This document shows positions 18,697 through 29,992 of a stretch of DNA of 64,000 nt, in pieces. The DNA lies in the IMG/VR virus record IMGVR_UViG_2935109043_000001, positions 1 to 64,000 of that record; one strand, given 5' to 3'. Both the position numbers and the translations under genes were made by a program. The first letter of the stretch is position 1. Every line of letters starts with the position of its first letter. Source of the DNA: a virus (lineage: Duplodnaviria > Caudoviricetes). Below the pieces are notes generated by a model. It did no database searches and was not told where the DNA came from. It saw only the letters and a program-made list of their open reading frames with translations.

Positions 18697-21240
18697 ATGG
18701 CCCTCATGACGCACGCCCACACCCTCCCCACCACACGCGACTACCGCGACCTCACCCCCACCCAGCAAGACGCCTTCGACCGGCAGATCACCCTCGCCGA
18801 CAACGCCGGCCCCAACGACTACTTCAACGCCATGGAGAAGGCCGCCCTCATCGCCGGCATCCACGCCACCCCCAGCATCGACATCGCCATCTGCGACTGC
18901 CTCTGGCACGGATGCGGCTGCGGCCTCATCTTCGACTCCACCATCGAAGGCGTCGCCGTCATCGACGGATGCTCCCCCGGCCACAACCTCTCCCGGCTGG
19001 TGTGCCCCACCTGCGCCCACGACGCCTGCCACCCGGCGCTCTAACCCGCACCCACACCACCCAGGAGACCACCACCATGCACACCTACAGCCCCTCCACC
19101 ATCCACGCCGCCAAGGTCACCGCCGACTACCTCGCCCAGTACGGCGTCCACACCGGCCCCACCTTCGCCAACCCGGACACCGGCGCCCTCGACCCCTGCG
19201 CCGCCGCCTACCGCGCCATCACCGGACGCACCCCCGGCTGGTTCACCGCCGACGACGGAGCAGCCTCCATCGCCGTCCTCACCCTCAACGAGGACGCCAT
19301 GGACGTCATCCGGCTCATCTCCGACCACCTCGACACCGAACCGCCGGTCGACCCAGAGACGCAGACGGTGCCGGACTACATCGAGCACCTCGCGTTCTGG
19401 GCCGACAACACCCCGCCGAGCGAGGTCATCGGCCGCATCCTCCGCGCCGCCCACGCCGCCGAGCACGCCACCACCCCCACCATCCGCCTCGCCGCCTGAA
19501 CCCGGAGCCCCCACGCCATGAGCATCCAGACCCTCGCCCCGCACCACACCAGCGAGCCCACCCCCGGCGGCTACCTCGACGGGGAACTCGCCGCCCACAC
19601 CGGCCTCAGCGCCCGCCGCGCCAACGCCCGCGCCGCCATGGCCCACCCCCACGACCCGCAGTGGGCCAGCGCCTTCCTCGCCGGCTACCAGGCCGCCACC
19701 GCCGACCCCGGCCGCCGCCCCACCCGGCGCAAGCTCGCCACCCCCAACGACCAGGACTGACCACCCCCACAAACGACCCCACCCCGGAGACCAACATGAC
19801 CACTCCCGCCCCCATCAACGCCCCCTGCCACCGCTGCCACCAGCCCCGCCCCCTCTACCCCTACAAGCCCCTCCACGACTGCGTCGACCAGTCCGACATC
19901 TACAACCTCCCCGAAGCCGTCGCCCGCATCGCAGACATGCACGAGTCCGGCGACATCTGGTGCCTCGCCCGCCTCACACGCACCCCCCGCCTGCTCTGCA
20001 CGCCCTGCCACGACAAGGACTTCGCCGACGAAACCAGCTACCTCCAGGAGTACGAGCGGTGGCCCGTCGACAGCGAAGACGCCGGCTACCGCTACCTGTA
20101 CTCCAGCGTCATCACGTGGCTCGGCAACCCCAACCACGACCTCGCGGCCCGTACCGCGCTCGCCCAGACCCTCGGCGTAGACATCGCCGACGAGCACCCC
20201 ATACTCCACGCCGCGATCACCGCCCTCACCGGCAGCACCAGCGTCGGCTCGAACTGCGACGCGGCCACCCACGCCGGCCAGCTCGCCTCCTGACCCACCC
20301 CGCCCCGAGACGCCTGGTGGGGCGGCGGACCACTCCCGCCCCACCAGCGCACCAACCCCGGAGACCCACATGACCGGACCCGAGCACTACCTCGAAGCCG
20401 AGGCGCACCTTGCCTCCGCCGCCAAGAACTTCCTCCGAGGCGACGACACCACGTCCGCGCTGGTTGCCGCCCAAGTGCACGCCACCCTGGCGCTCGCCGC
20501 CGCGACCGCACTATCGCCAGGCGGACCCGACACCGCATCGCGCGGCGCATGGGTCTCCGCCGTACACGGCCTGGACCACGGTCCCCATGTGTGAGCACGC
20601 CGGCGCGCTCCGCGCAGCCGAACAAGACCTCGCCACACACCGCCAACGCCACGCCACCCTCACCGCCTGGCTCCACAACCCCACCCACGACCTCACCGCC
20701 CGCACCGCACTCGCCCAACTCCTCGGACTCCCCGCACCCGCAGACACCCGGAGCAGCCACATGACCGACACCGACCCCATCGAAGACCTCGCCCAGACCC
20801 TCTACGACGCGCTCCACGACATCACCCCCTACGCCGAGCCCCACTTCTCCAACGAGCACGCCGGGCTCCGCAAGGCCGTCGAAGCCGTTCTCGAACACGC
20901 CGCCGCCCAGACCTGGATTCAGCAGCAGCTCGAACAGACCAGCATCCGCGCCATGGACTTCCGCAACGGATTCCACATGGACATCGAGCCCGCCCGGGAA
21001 CTCCTCGCACACCAGGTCGCAGCAGCCCGCGCCATGCTCGGTGACGCCCCGAACTACACCGAGACCAAGGTCGAGTACGACCTCAAGGTCGCCGAGTCAC
21101 CCGAGCTGTACACGGTCGTCATTCAGCGGCACGCCCCGGGAGCGCTCACCCCGCACGAGGCCCGCCAGAAGGCCGAAGCCCGAGTCGCGGAACTCGAAGC
21201 CGAAATTGCCCGCCTCAACGGACCGGCGGCCTCCCGGTGA
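18697..21240 (+). CDS. cluster of small phage hypothetical genes: 18697-19044, 19077-19499 (DUF6197-like), 19518-19760, 19796-20293, 20370-20594, 20587-21240
   Basis: Consecutive same-strand ORFs, most with GGAG RBS. Confidence 0.6.
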
Positions 21241-21734
21241 CGGTTACCGGGCTGGAGACGCAGCCACGGCTCACCATCACCGTCCACGGTCGGCCAGCTC
21301 CACAGGGCTCGAAGCGCTACGCCGGACACCGCCGCAACGCCGCCTCCGGACGCGTCTCCGCCGTCCTCGTCGAGCAGTCCAAGCGTGTCAAGCCCTGGCG
21401 AGCCCTCGTCACCAGCGCCACCCAGCACGCCATGCGCGACGCCCACCAGGCCGTCCCCCTCGACGGGCCCCTCGGCGCCGACATCACCTTCACCGTCCTC
21501 AAGCCCACCAGCGCCCCCAAACGCCGCCGAACCTGGCCCACCACCCGCCACAGCGGAGATCTCGACAAGCTCCTCCGCTCAACTTTCGACGGCATCGCAG
21601 ACGCCGGAGCTGTTGTCGACGACGCCCGCATCATCCGCGTCACCGCCACCAAAACCTTCCCCGGCGAGCACCCCGACGCCCTCGACCAGCCCGGCGCCCT
21701 CATCCGCCTGTACACCCTCGGAGACCCGACATGA
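21237..21734 (+). CDS. RusA-family Holliday junction resolvase
   Basis: G.PAPQGSKR, KPWR, DLDKLLRSTFDGI...DDARI. Confidence 0.88.
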   Translation: MTVTGLETQPRLTITVHGRPAPQGSKRYAGHRRNAASGRVSAVLVEQSKRVKPWRALVTSATQHAMRDAHQAVPLDGPLGADITFTVLKPTSAPKRRRTWPTTRHSGDLDKLLRSTFDGIADAGAVVDDARIIRVTATKTFPGEHPDALDQPGALIRLYTLGDPT

Positions 21735-22213
21735 CCAGCCCCAACAACCGCCCCGAGTCCGGCCGTACCATAATTCCGGCCGTCCGTGCCAGTAATCACT
21801 GGCAGGATCGTGCTGCGTGCAAGACCGCCGACGCCGAAGCGATCTTCTTCCCCGTGTCGACCACCCCGGACACCATCCAGGCGGCCAAGGAAATCTGCTA
21901 CGGCTGCCCTGTCATCGAGGACTGCAAGAGCTTCGCCCTGGAGAACCGTGAGACGCACGGGGTGTGGGGCGGCATGTCGGAGAAGGAGCTTCAGGCGGCG
22001 CGTCGAGCCCCGCAGAAGCCGCGGGCCGTGCGGATCGTCGAGAAGCAGCGTGCCGAGTGGGACGCGGCTGTCGCTGAGCACGGTGACGATGACAAGGCCA
22101 TCGCGCGGATGTTGCGCGCTGACGTTCGCACCGTCGAGCGGGTCCGGCAGCTCGTGGGTGACACGTCCACGGCGGTCGAGCTGCGGCAGGACCAGATGGG
22201 GGCAGCGGCATGA
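21731..22213 (+). CDS. WhiB-family transcription regulator
   Basis: WQDRAAC...FFP...AKEICYGCPV.EDC..FAL...GVWGGMSE. Confidence 0.92.
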   Translation: MTSPNNRPESGRTIIPAVRASNHWQDRAACKTADAEAIFFPVSTTPDTIQAAKEICYGCPVIEDCKSFALENRETHGVWGGMSEKELQAARRAPQKPRAVRIVEKQRAEWDAAVAEHGDDDKAIARMLRADVRTVERVRQLVGDTSTAVELRQDQMGAAA

Positions 22214-23154
22214 GCCGGCCTGTCCCGAAGGGGGACCCGCCGCCGCACGGTCACTCCAACCGGTACGCGAGGTGGCACTGCCGCTGCGCACCCTGCACGC
22301 GGGCCGCGTCCCGCGCGGATGCTGAACGGCGCCTCGACCGCCTGGCGGGCCGTTCGCGCAAGGTCTCCGCGGAGGCGTGCGCTGCTCACATCGCCACGCT
22401 GGTGGCGGCTGGGCTGAGTCAGCAGCAGATAGCGGACGCGGCTGGAGTCTGGCAGGTCACGGTGTCCCGGATTCGGTCCGGGCAGGGAAACGTGAGCCGT
22501 GTGACGCAGGATGCGATTCTCGCGGTGCCTGTGGGGCTGCGGCCGGTGAAGGGTCAGGTGTCTTCGGTGGGTGCGGTGCGGCGTCTTCGGGCGTTGTACG
22601 CGCTGGGCCACTTCGCGCGGGACATCGCGGAGAGGTCGGGCCTGTCGAAGGACGCTGTGGCTGATCTGGTGGCTGGCCGGCCGGCGACGTTGGACGCGTC
22701 TCGGGATGCGGCTGTGCGGGCTTGTTTCGACGAGCTGTCGATGAAGGTTGGCGGCTCGGCGAAGACGCGGCTGCGTGCGCAGGCTGAGGGTTGGGTGCCG
22801 CCGTTGGCGTGGGATGAGGACGCGATTGATGATCCTGCGGCTGTTCCGCAGGTGGATGCTGCGGCGGCTGTTCCGGAGTCGGGTGAGCGGGCTGTTGCTC
22901 GTTGGCTGGCGGGGGAGTCGGTGGTGTTGTCGCAGTCGGCTCGGGCGGAGGTGGTGGGTTATCTCATGGAGTGGTCGTCGTTGTCGTCGGCGGAGATTGG
23001 GGTGCGGTTGGGGGTGTCGGCGGGGGCGGTGGAGAGGCAGTGGGAGCGGTTGGTGAGGCGGGCGCGTGTGGAGGGGCGTCCTGTGCCGTGGCGGCGTGTG
23101 TCGCGTGATCGGAATCGAATGTTGAAGCAGAGCGAGATGGGAGAAGCAGCATGA
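22210..23154 (+). CDS. multi-HTH phage DNA-binding protein
   Basis: HG...Y...[38 protein letters not shown]. Confidence 0.7.
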   Translation: MSRPVPKGDPPPHGHSNRYARWHCRCAPCTRAASRADAERRLDRLAGRSRKVSAEACAAHIATLVAAGLSQQQIADAAGVWQVTVSRIRSGQGNVSRVTQDAILAVPVGLRPVKGQVSSVGAVRRLRALYALGHFARDIAERSGLSKDAVADLVAGRPATLDASRDAAVRACFDELSMKVGGSAKTRLRAQAEGWVPPLAWDEDAIDDPAAVPQVDAAAAVPESGERAVARWLAGESVVLSQSARAEVVGYLMEWSSLSSAEIGVRLGVSAGAVERQWERLVRRARVEGRPVPWRRVSRDRNRMLKQSEMGEAA

Positions 23155-23684
23155 GTGGCGAGACTGTGATCACGGTGGTCGGCAACCTGGTGGCCGATCC
23201 GGAACTTCGATTCACCCCTGGTGGTGCGGCGGTTGCCCGCTTCACGGTGGCGTCGACTCCGCGGGTGTTCGACAAGCAGACGAGTGAGTGGAAGGACGGG
23301 GAGTCGCTGTTCCTGTCGTGCTCGGTGTGGAGGCAGGCCGCGGAGAACGCGGCGGAGTCCCTGACGAAGGGGATGCGCGTCATCGTGCAGGGCCGGCTGA
23401 AGCAGCGGTCGTTCGAGGACCGTGAGGGGCAGAAGCGGACGGTGTATGAGCTGGATGTCGAGGAGGTGGGGCCGAGTCTGCGGAGTGCGACGGCGCGGGT
23501 GGAGAAGGCGTCGCGTGGCGCCGGCGGCCAGGGGCAGCAGCAGGGTGGTGGCCAGCAGGGTGGTGGGTCGCGGTCTGGTGGTTGGGGTGGTGGTCAGGGT
23601 CCGGCGCAGGATGCGTGGTCGTCGGGTGGCGGGCAGCAGGGGCAGCAGGGTGGTTGGGGTGGTGGTGATGAGCCGCCGTTCTGA
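23151..23684 (+). CDS. ssb: single-stranded DNA-binding protein
   Basis: [23 protein letters not shown]...; Gly-rich tail ending DEPPF. Confidence 0.97.
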   Translation: MSGETVITVVGNLVADPELRFTPGGAAVARFTVASTPRVFDKQTSEWKDGESLFLSCSVWRQAAENAAESLTKGMRVIVQGRLKQRSFEDREGQKRTVYELDVEEVGPSLRSATARVEKASRGAGGQGQQQGGGQQGGGSRSGGWGGGQGPAQDAWSSGGGQQGQQGGWGGGDEPPF

Positions 23685-23738
23685 GGTGGTGTGAGGGGGG
23701 AGGGGCTGGCTTTCGGGTTGGCCCCTCCTTTCATGCGC

Positions 23739-23769
23739 CATACTCCATTGCGTAACGCAATGGAGTATG
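23739..23769. promoter_or_regulatory. 31-bp palindrome, copy 3
   Basis: CATACTCCATTGCG-TAA-CGCAATGGAGTATG after the ssb terminator. Confidence 0.85.
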
Positions 23770-23925
23770 GGATAGTGGTCATGCCGACAACACGCGAAAG
23801 AGGCGCAATGCCCACCTGCGACTGCACCAGCCACGCCGACACCGGCACCCACGGCTCCGACTGCATCCACTGGGACCTCCCCACCGACGACCCGTCCGAC
23901 CACTACGGCCTCTGAGGAGCACCCG

Positions 23926-24153
23926 ATGACCACGCCCACCGTCACCACCGTCCCCGGCGGATTCGTCGTCGCCACACCCCTCCACGACGGCAACGTCCTG
24001 GTCGAGAGCTTCTTCCTCGGCGAAAACGAGGAGGGCACGCCGCTGACCCAGCCCCTCACCCACTGGACGGTGCCGCAGGCCGAGACCGCCGCGGAGGTCA
24101 CGGAGCACGTCCGTCAGCTCCGGGACTTCATGTCGCCGGCGGCCGTCGCCTGA
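23926..24153 (+). CDS. hypothetical protein
   Basis: RBS GAGGAG. Confidence 0.6.
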   Translation: MTTPTVTTVPGGFVVATPLHDGNVLVESFFLGENEEGTPLTQPLTHWTVPQAETAAEVTEHVRQLRDFMSPAAVA

Positions 24154-24164
24154 CCCTTCAAGCC

Positions 24165-24239
24165 GCCCCGTGTAGGCAAGCCCATCACCAGCACCCCCTG
24201 TCTGGTCGGGCGCGCGGTTCGAATCCGCGGCGGGGCACC
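24165..24239 (+). ncRNA. tRNA-like element (acceptor stem plus canonical T-arm; degenerate D and anticodon arms)
   Basis: GCCCCGT...CGCGG-TTCGAAT-CCGCG-GCGGGGC-A-CC. Confidence 0.5.
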
Positions 24240-24275
24240 CAAGAACCCGGCCCAACGTGCCCCTGGAGGCTTCCC

Positions 24276-24824
24276 ATGCGAATGTACCGAGTAGCTCACA
24301 GCACAATTCGCGCCGGGGGTACCTACATTGGCCCCTACTGCAACAACAGCATGCTGCCCGCGCCGCATCACGACGAGATGGCGTGGATGCAGATGGAGCA
24401 CGAGGACAGCGTCTTCTGTCCAGGCCCACAGGAGGACCCTTTCCTGCGGCACATCTCCGAGGACGAGTTCTGCGCCTTCGTCGGTGAAGAGCCCCTGTAC
24501 GTCTGGTTTTCCGGATACTGCGCGAAGCTGAAGGCGGCAGGGTACGTCATCCGTGTGTACGACGTTCCTGACGCCGACGTTCGGTGTGGCAGGCGCGGGC
24601 AGGCGGCGTTCAAGATGGGTAGCGCTGAGGAGCGGGACGTCCGCCCAATTCTGGAGCGTTTTCTGGGTCGTGACGCGGAGGAGCGTCAACAGCGACAGGC
24701 GATCTACGTTCCGGCGTCGAAGGTCGCCGTCATGCTCGGCCAGGTGCGCGACATGACCGCCGACAAGCCGTATTTGGCGGCCGTGCTGCGGCAGGAGCTG
24801 CGTGACGCTCTCATCCTCGACTGA
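24276..24824 (+). CDS. hypothetical phage protein (possible ADP-ribosyltransferase-like fold)
   Basis: YRVAH...GPY...P.P..D...FCAF...WF...G..I.VY.V...Q..F pattern. Confidence 0.55.
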   Translation: MRMYRVAHSTIRAGGTYIGPYCNNSMLPAPHHDEMAWMQMEHEDSVFCPGPQEDPFLRHISEDEFCAFVGEEPLYVWFSGYCAKLKAAGYVIRVYDVPDADVRCGRRGQAAFKMGSAEERDVRPILERFLGRDAEERQQRQAIYVPASKVAVMLGQVRDMTADKPYLAAVLRQELRDALILD

Positions 24825-24833
24825 GAACTTTCA

Positions 24834-24877
24834 GCCCTGATGGCCGTAGGGGAGGTTCGACTCCTCCCCAGGGCACC
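24834..24877 (+). ncRNA. tRNA-like minihelix
   Basis: GCCCTG...GGAGG-TTCGACT-CCTCC-C-CAGGGC-A-CC. Confidence 0.5.
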
Positions 24878-24939
24878 TCTTCCTCCCTCACCACCCTTGC
24901 CGCGCTTGGCGTGGCCTACCGCTCGACGGGAGACACCCG

Positions 24940-25302
24940 ATGACCACACCCACCCCGGCACAGGTCGCCGACGTACTCGACCGTGCCGCCGACCACATCG
25001 ACCGCGTCGGCTGGATACAAGACGAGTGGTGGGAGGGGACGCCCCCTGACCTCCACCCCGACGCCGTTTCCGTGGACGCCGACAGTGCGCTCGCTGTCGC
25101 TGCCGGTGCGGAACCGTTCGCCCCCGACAGTGGCCTCACGACTGAGCAGGCCTTCGTCTACCACGCGGCGGCAAGCGCACTGCGCCAGCACGTCGGCTGT
25201 GGCCTCATCCTCTGGAACGACAAGCCGGGCCGCACGCAGGCTGAGGTGACCGCGGTCATGCGCGCGGCGGCTGCCTCGCAGCGGAAGCTGGTGGCCTCGT
25301 GA
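24940..25302 (+). CDS. DUF6197-like protein
   Basis: VLDRAADHI...GWIQ...WNDKPGRTQAEV..VMRAAA. Confidence 0.7.
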   Translation: MTTPTPAQVADVLDRAADHIDRVGWIQDEWWEGTPPDLHPDAVSVDADSALAVAAGAEPFAPDSGLTTEQAFVYHAAASALRQHVGCGLILWNDKPGRTQAEVTAVMRAAAASQRKLVAS

Positions 25303-27106
25303 CGACCATCCCCGCCATCGACCCGTACGCGGTGCGGGACCAGGCCGTGCACGCGTGGCTGATGCACGCCACCACCCACCGGTACGACGCCCGCCTCAGC
25401 ACCTGGACGCACAGCGTGAACGCGGCTGGCGAGCCCGTGTGGTCCGCCGAGCTCGCCGGCGCTGACACGGCGACCGCTCTGCCCCGCTTCGCGTCCACGA
25501 CCCGCCTGCCGCTGCGTACGGACTCGGATGTTCTGCCGATCCTCAGCGTCGAGTTGGAGGGGCGTGTGGCGGTGTGGTGGCGGCAGGGCGGGGTGTGGGT
25601 GGAGTTGTGGCATCCGGACCCACTGCCGCCTGTCCCGGTGCCGTTGGGCGGGTTGTGGCGGCGGACGACCGAGGCCCTGCCGAAGCCCAGCCCGAGCCTG
25701 TTCCCCCAGCGGCATCCCGCGTGTACCTGCTCGCCCCCTGACCGTTCTGAGAGTGCTGGGCCGCAGTACCCCGACGAGGACTGCCCTGAGCACGGCAACC
25801 CCGACGTACTCGCCCTCCCCAAGACCGCGTTCCCCACCCAGACCAAGGAGACCAACCGATGATCCACCGCCTGTGCAACGTCGCCGGATGCGACCACAGC
25901 ACCCCCGTCAACCCGACCGACACGGACGCCGCGTTCGACACGATCACCGACCACTACCAGGACAGTCACGGCATGGACCCTTCGCAGGCGGGCTACTTCG
26001 GCGCGTGGCACAGCACAACGAAGGAGAGCGCCCGATGAGCGACCGCGAGATCCTGCGCCAGGCCAGCGACAACAGTGACGACTGGAGCGACGAGACGTGG
26101 GCCGCATGGGGCCGTCTCGCCGACCAGGCTCACGGGCGCGAGTCCGTTCCGGCTCTGCTCGCTGAGGTGGAGCGTCTCCGCGCCGAGCGGTCCGAGCTGA
26201 ACCAGATGATCCGCTCCTCCAACCTGGCGGCGGTCACCGCCCGCGCCGAGCGAGACCGCTTCCGTTCCGCCTGGCAGTCCGCCCGTTTTCGTGCGGAGGC
26301 CCGTGGTGAAGGCATCCTCCGCGAGGCCAAGAACAGGGACTTCTGGCAGGAGGAAGCACACCGCCTCGGCGCCGAGCTGGCCGCCCGCCCGTCCGTCTCG
26401 CCGCAGGTGTGGCTGCTGATGCAGGGCGAGGACCACGAGGGCGGCAACGTGCTCGGCGTTTACGCCACGCGCGCCGCCTCCCGTGGCGGGTTCATCGCGG
26501 CAGCCCGACGCCTGCACTTCGAGATCGACGGTGCCGAGGAGCGAGAGGGCGGCAGCCTCCACCTGCACGCCGGGTGCGACTGGCTCTCCCTCACCCCGCA
26601 CGCCATGACCACCGCCGAGGCCATCGAGGCGGGTGAGGACAACCTGCCGTTCTAGCCGCGTTGGACGGTGCCGCCCTGCCCGTACCAGGGCGGCACCCGA
26701 CCACAGGAGACCACGCCATGACCCACCCCACACCCGTCGCCACCGACGACACCGCCATCCTCCGCCAACAACTCGCCGGAGCCCTCGCCGAACTCGACCT
26801 GCACCGGCAGTGGCTCACCTACCGCACCCAGCAGCTCGCCGACGCACACGACCTCATCCACAACCTCACCCACCCGGAGACCCGCTCATGAGCGTCTACT
26901 ACGCCCCGCCCACCGAACACCAGAAGCTCATCGCCACCGCCCTCGACACGATCCAGGCCACCCACTACTACCGCGAGGAAGACCCGCACGCCGACGCCGC
27001 CCGCGAGTACGCCGACGAGCAGCTCGCCCTCGCCGCCCGCAACCTGACCCGCGCCGTCGACGCCCTCCCGGCCGACGAGCAGCCCATCGGCTGGACCGCC
27101 GAGTGA
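25299..27106 (+). CDS. cluster of hypothetical genes: 25299-25862, 26035-26655, 26718-26891, 26888-27106
   Basis: Coupled same-strand ORFs with RBSs. Confidence 0.55.
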
Positions 27107-27465
27107 CCGTCGTCCAGGTGAGCGTCGGCCCGTCACCTCACAGTGACGGGCCCACCCCACACCAACACCTGAAGAACCTCCCCCGACACCCCGCCGACCC
27201 CCGCTACACCGTCACCCGCCGGCAACTCGACATCCTCCGCCTCATCGCCAACGGCCATACCGCCACCGCCATAGCCCGACGGCAGGGCATCTCCTACAAC
27301 ACGGTCACCTCGCAGGTCGCCAGCATCCACCGGAAGCTGCGCGTCTCCGACCGGGCGCAGGCCGTTGCTGTGGCGCTGCGCATGGGTCTGCTGGACATGG
27401 ACGACGTGGTGGTGCCGGACGGCGCGAACTCCAGCTACCGCACCGACAGGGAGGGCGCCGCGTGA
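27103..27465 (+). CDS. LuxR-type HTH regulator
   Basis: TRRQLDILRLIANG....IA...GIS.NTV......I.RKL.V.DRAQAV. Confidence 0.88.
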   Translation: MTVVQVSVGPSPHSDGPTPHQHLKNLPRHPADPRYTVTRRQLDILRLIANGHTATAIARRQGISYNTVTSQVASIHRKLRVSDRAQAVAVALRMGLLDMDDVVVPDGANSSYRTDREGAA

Positions 27466-27613
27466 GCCCCGCATGTGTGGCGGCCGCGCCGTGCTGCGGT
27501 GAGCTGCTGACACTGCCCGCGATGGTCGACCTGGCCGGCCGCGTGGTCGTGCCCGCTGAAACGTGGTGCCGCATCCATCAGGCGTGGCACACCGACATCG
27601 AGGAGAACGAACG

Positions 27614-28084
27614 ATGACCAACCCCGTGATCAGGAAGACGCCGAAGGAGCTGCATGAGCAGCGTGCCCGGCTGATCGCATCCACCGGCCTGTCCGAGAAG
27701 GTGCTGCGGGAACGGGGGGAGGCGTTCCAGCTCTACCCGGAGCACCAGGCGGTGTGGGACACCGTGCACGGCATCGACTACCTCCTCGACGGCGCGGAGC
27801 CCTCGCCAGAACAGGCGTCGGCACTTGCACGAACTGCCATCGAGCACCTGAAGGGAATGGACACCTGGGGCCCTACCGTCATCTCGCCTGCCGCCAGAAC
27901 TGCTCTCGCGACGTGGCTGCGTGAGACCGACGCGCTCCATGAGGCCCGGCGCTGCACGGACGGACCGCCCGACTGCACGTGCACAACCGGCTGCGGATGG
28001 TGTGGCGACGAGGACTGGCCCTGCTCCGACATGCGACACGCTCAGGCGGTTGCCCGCGAGATTCTGGGCGGTGGTTTGGGATGA
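27614..28084 (+). CDS. hypothetical protein
   Basis: RBS GAGGAG; C-terminal CGWC...WPC. Confidence 0.6.
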   Translation: MTNPVIRKTPKELHEQRARLIASTGLSEKVLRERGEAFQLYPEHQAVWDTVHGIDYLLDGAEPSPEQASALARTAIEHLKGMDTWGPTVISPAARTALATWLRETDALHEARRCTDGPPDCTCTTGCGWCGDEDWPCSDMRHAQAVAREILGGGLG

Positions 28085-28728
28085 CTGCTGGCCGTTCCGC
28101 TGCCGCTCGTGCCGCCCAGTTACGTGCCAACGCCCGCCGGAGCTGGTGGCAGCGTCTCCTCGCCCTCCTCGGCATACGCACCCCGCACGCCCGCCGCACC
28201 GCCAACGCTGCCGCACGCTGGGCCCACGGCGCCGAAGGCGAAGCCCACACCGCCCGCCTTCTCGCCCCACTCCAGACAGCGGGCTGGCACCTCCGCCACG
28301 ACCTCGCCCTACCCCGATCCCGCGCCAACCTCGACCACGTCCTCGTCTCCCCCTGCGGCACGGCGCTCGTCGTCCTCGACACGAAACGCTGGCACCGCGG
28401 CAAACCCACCCACCTCCTCAGCGGCCGTATCCACTGCGGCCAGGACGACCGGCACAACCAGGTCGAGGCCGTCGCACGCTACGCACACCGCGTCGCCACC
28501 ATCCTCGGCCTCCCCGCCGGGCAGGTCGCGCCGCTCCTCGTCATCCACGGCTCCCCGATCCTCGGCGGCCGGCTCGAAGCCCACACACCGCACGGCCTGG
28601 TGCACGTCCTCGGCACGGACGGTCTGCTGCCCACGCTCCACGCCGCACCCCAAGGCCGGGCAAACGCCCACGCCGCGGCCAGGCTCGCGGCCCGCGTCGA
28701 CCAGCATCTCCGGCCCTACCAGCAGTAG
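28081..28728 (+). CDS. NERD (nuclease-related domain) protein
   Basis: GAEGE..TA..L...GW...HD......NLDHVLV.P......DTK. Confidence 0.85.
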   Translation: MTAGRSAAARAAQLRANARRSWWQRLLALLGIRTPHARRTANAAARWAHGAEGEAHTARLLAPLQTAGWHLRHDLALPRSRANLDHVLVSPCGTALVVLDTKRWHRGKPTHLLSGRIHCGQDDRHNQVEAVARYAHRVATILGLPAGQVAPLLVIHGSPILGGRLEAHTPHGLVHVLGTDGLLPTLHAAPQGRANAHAAARLAARVDQHLRPYQQ

Positions 28729-28811
28729 CCAGCACCATCCGGCGCCCACCCCAGTCCACAGGGGTGGGCGCCTTCTCCTGTTTCGGGCGGAGACCGGCGT
28801 ATCCTCAGCCG

Positions 28812-29042
28812 GTGGCAATCGAACTGAATCCCGAGTTGATCGCTCTGCAAGAGGCGGCGGATGAGGCTGGCCGGCGTGTGTCTGCGACACCGAATGACGG
28901 TGAAGCCCGGCAGGCGTGGTTCGCTGCCGCGGCGAGGGTGCAGGCCGCGGTGACGGAGCACGCGGCGGCGGCTGGGCTGAACCGGTTCGAGGTGGAGAAG
29001 GCTCTGCGCCGGCATGTGCGGCATCCGGAGCTGCGGGACTGA
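28812..29042 (+). CDS. hypothetical protein (leaderless)
   Basis: TATCCT-N6-GTG; helical protein. Confidence 0.55.
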   Translation: MAIELNPELIALQEAADEAGRRVSATPNDGEARQAWFAAAARVQAAVTEHAAAAGLNRFEVEKALRRHVRHPELRD

Positions 29043-29256
29043 CACGTCCTCTTCCCCCGCCCTGCCGTGCGCCCGCATCCTGGCCGTGCAGCAGGGCGGC
29101 GCCATGTCCGCCCTCGGGGACGGTAGGGGGCGGTCCGGGTGACGTGTGGCCGGTGCGGGGCGGAGGCGTTGCAGCAGGGCGCGGGATGGGTGTGCAGTCA
29201 ACTCTGCGGGTGGTCTTCGACTGCGCCCGGGCCGTCGTCGCCGGTACGGTCGGCGG

Positions 29257-29439
29257 ATGATGGATAGTCCGCAGCCGCAGATCACGTTCACGTCGTGTCG
29301 CCAGTGTGGTGCGGAGGTGGCGGGGTTGGATGGCCGGTATGCGTGTGGGGTGTGTGGGTGGGTGAATCGGTATGACGAGGGGCATCGGGCGTTGCCGTCG
29401 GCGGAGGATGATCCGGACTACCCGGGGCCCGGCGCCTGA
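29257..29439 (+). CDS. small Zn-ribbon protein
   Basis: CRQCG...YACGVCGW. Confidence 0.55.
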   Translation: MMDSPQPQITFTSCRQCGAEVAGLDGRYACGVCGWVNRYDEGHRALPSAEDDPDYPGPGA

Positions 29440-29659
29440 CAGTGAGGGCGCTACGGTTACCGATGGCCGATGCCTCCTGCTGTACTCAGGACGGTGTGGG
29501 CAAGTCCCCGGGGTCGGCGTTCACGCGCCGTCCGGGTGGCGTCAGGGAGTCGGGCGGCGCGCGCGCCTCCGGGTGTTGGAGCACCTGGAGAGCTGCTGTC
29601 CGGCTCCCGCTTTTGCTTTGAAGCGCAGGTCAGCGCCCCATACCCCTAGACTCGAACGT

Positions 29660-29992
29660 ATGAACGACCTCACGCCTGAGCAGCGCCTGGAGAAGCATCG
29701 CGCGGTGCGGGACTGGCTGGGCTGGCAGTACCGGCAGGCGCAGAAGACGGTGAACGATCTGGAGCGGCAGATCGACGCTGACCGGCAGCGGGCGGAGAAG
29801 GCGCGGCGGGAGCGGTCGTGGAAGGTGCAGCCGGAGCGTGCGGGCCGTCCGGCGGTGCTGCATCGCGGGGGCTGCTCCCTGCACAAGGCCGAGCTGGAGA
29901 GCCTCCTGAATCGCGAGGAAGCGTTGATCGCGTTGGAGGAGGGGTTGGAGGCGTGTGAGGTGTGCTGGCCGGAGGTGGATTTGCGGGGGTGA
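29660..29992 (+). CDS. DUF6233-like protein
   Basis: W.VQ......VLHRGGC...EEAL.AL....ACEVC.P; leaderless TAGACT-N7-ATG. Confidence 0.7.
   Translation: MNDLTPEQRLEKHRAVRDWLGWQYRQAQKTVNDLERQIDADRQRAEKARRERSWKVQPERAGRPAVLHRGGCSLHKAELESLLNREEALIALEEGLEACEVCWPEVDLRG

Noticed and set aside
20117-20727. Repeated WLxNPxHDLxARTALAQxLG segment in two neighbouring ORFs as a DGR template/variable pair
   Set aside because: No reverse transcriptase in the window and the differences are not adenine-specific; more likely a local duplication.
24165-24239. Functional canonical tRNA gene
   Set aside because: No proper D-arm or 7-nt anticodon loop could be drawn; kept only as tRNA-like.
29652-29667. LexA/SOS box TCGAACGTATGAACGA over the DUF6233-like start
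   Set aside because: Two mismatches to TCGAAC-N4-GTTCGA and only a single instance; plausible but unsupported.
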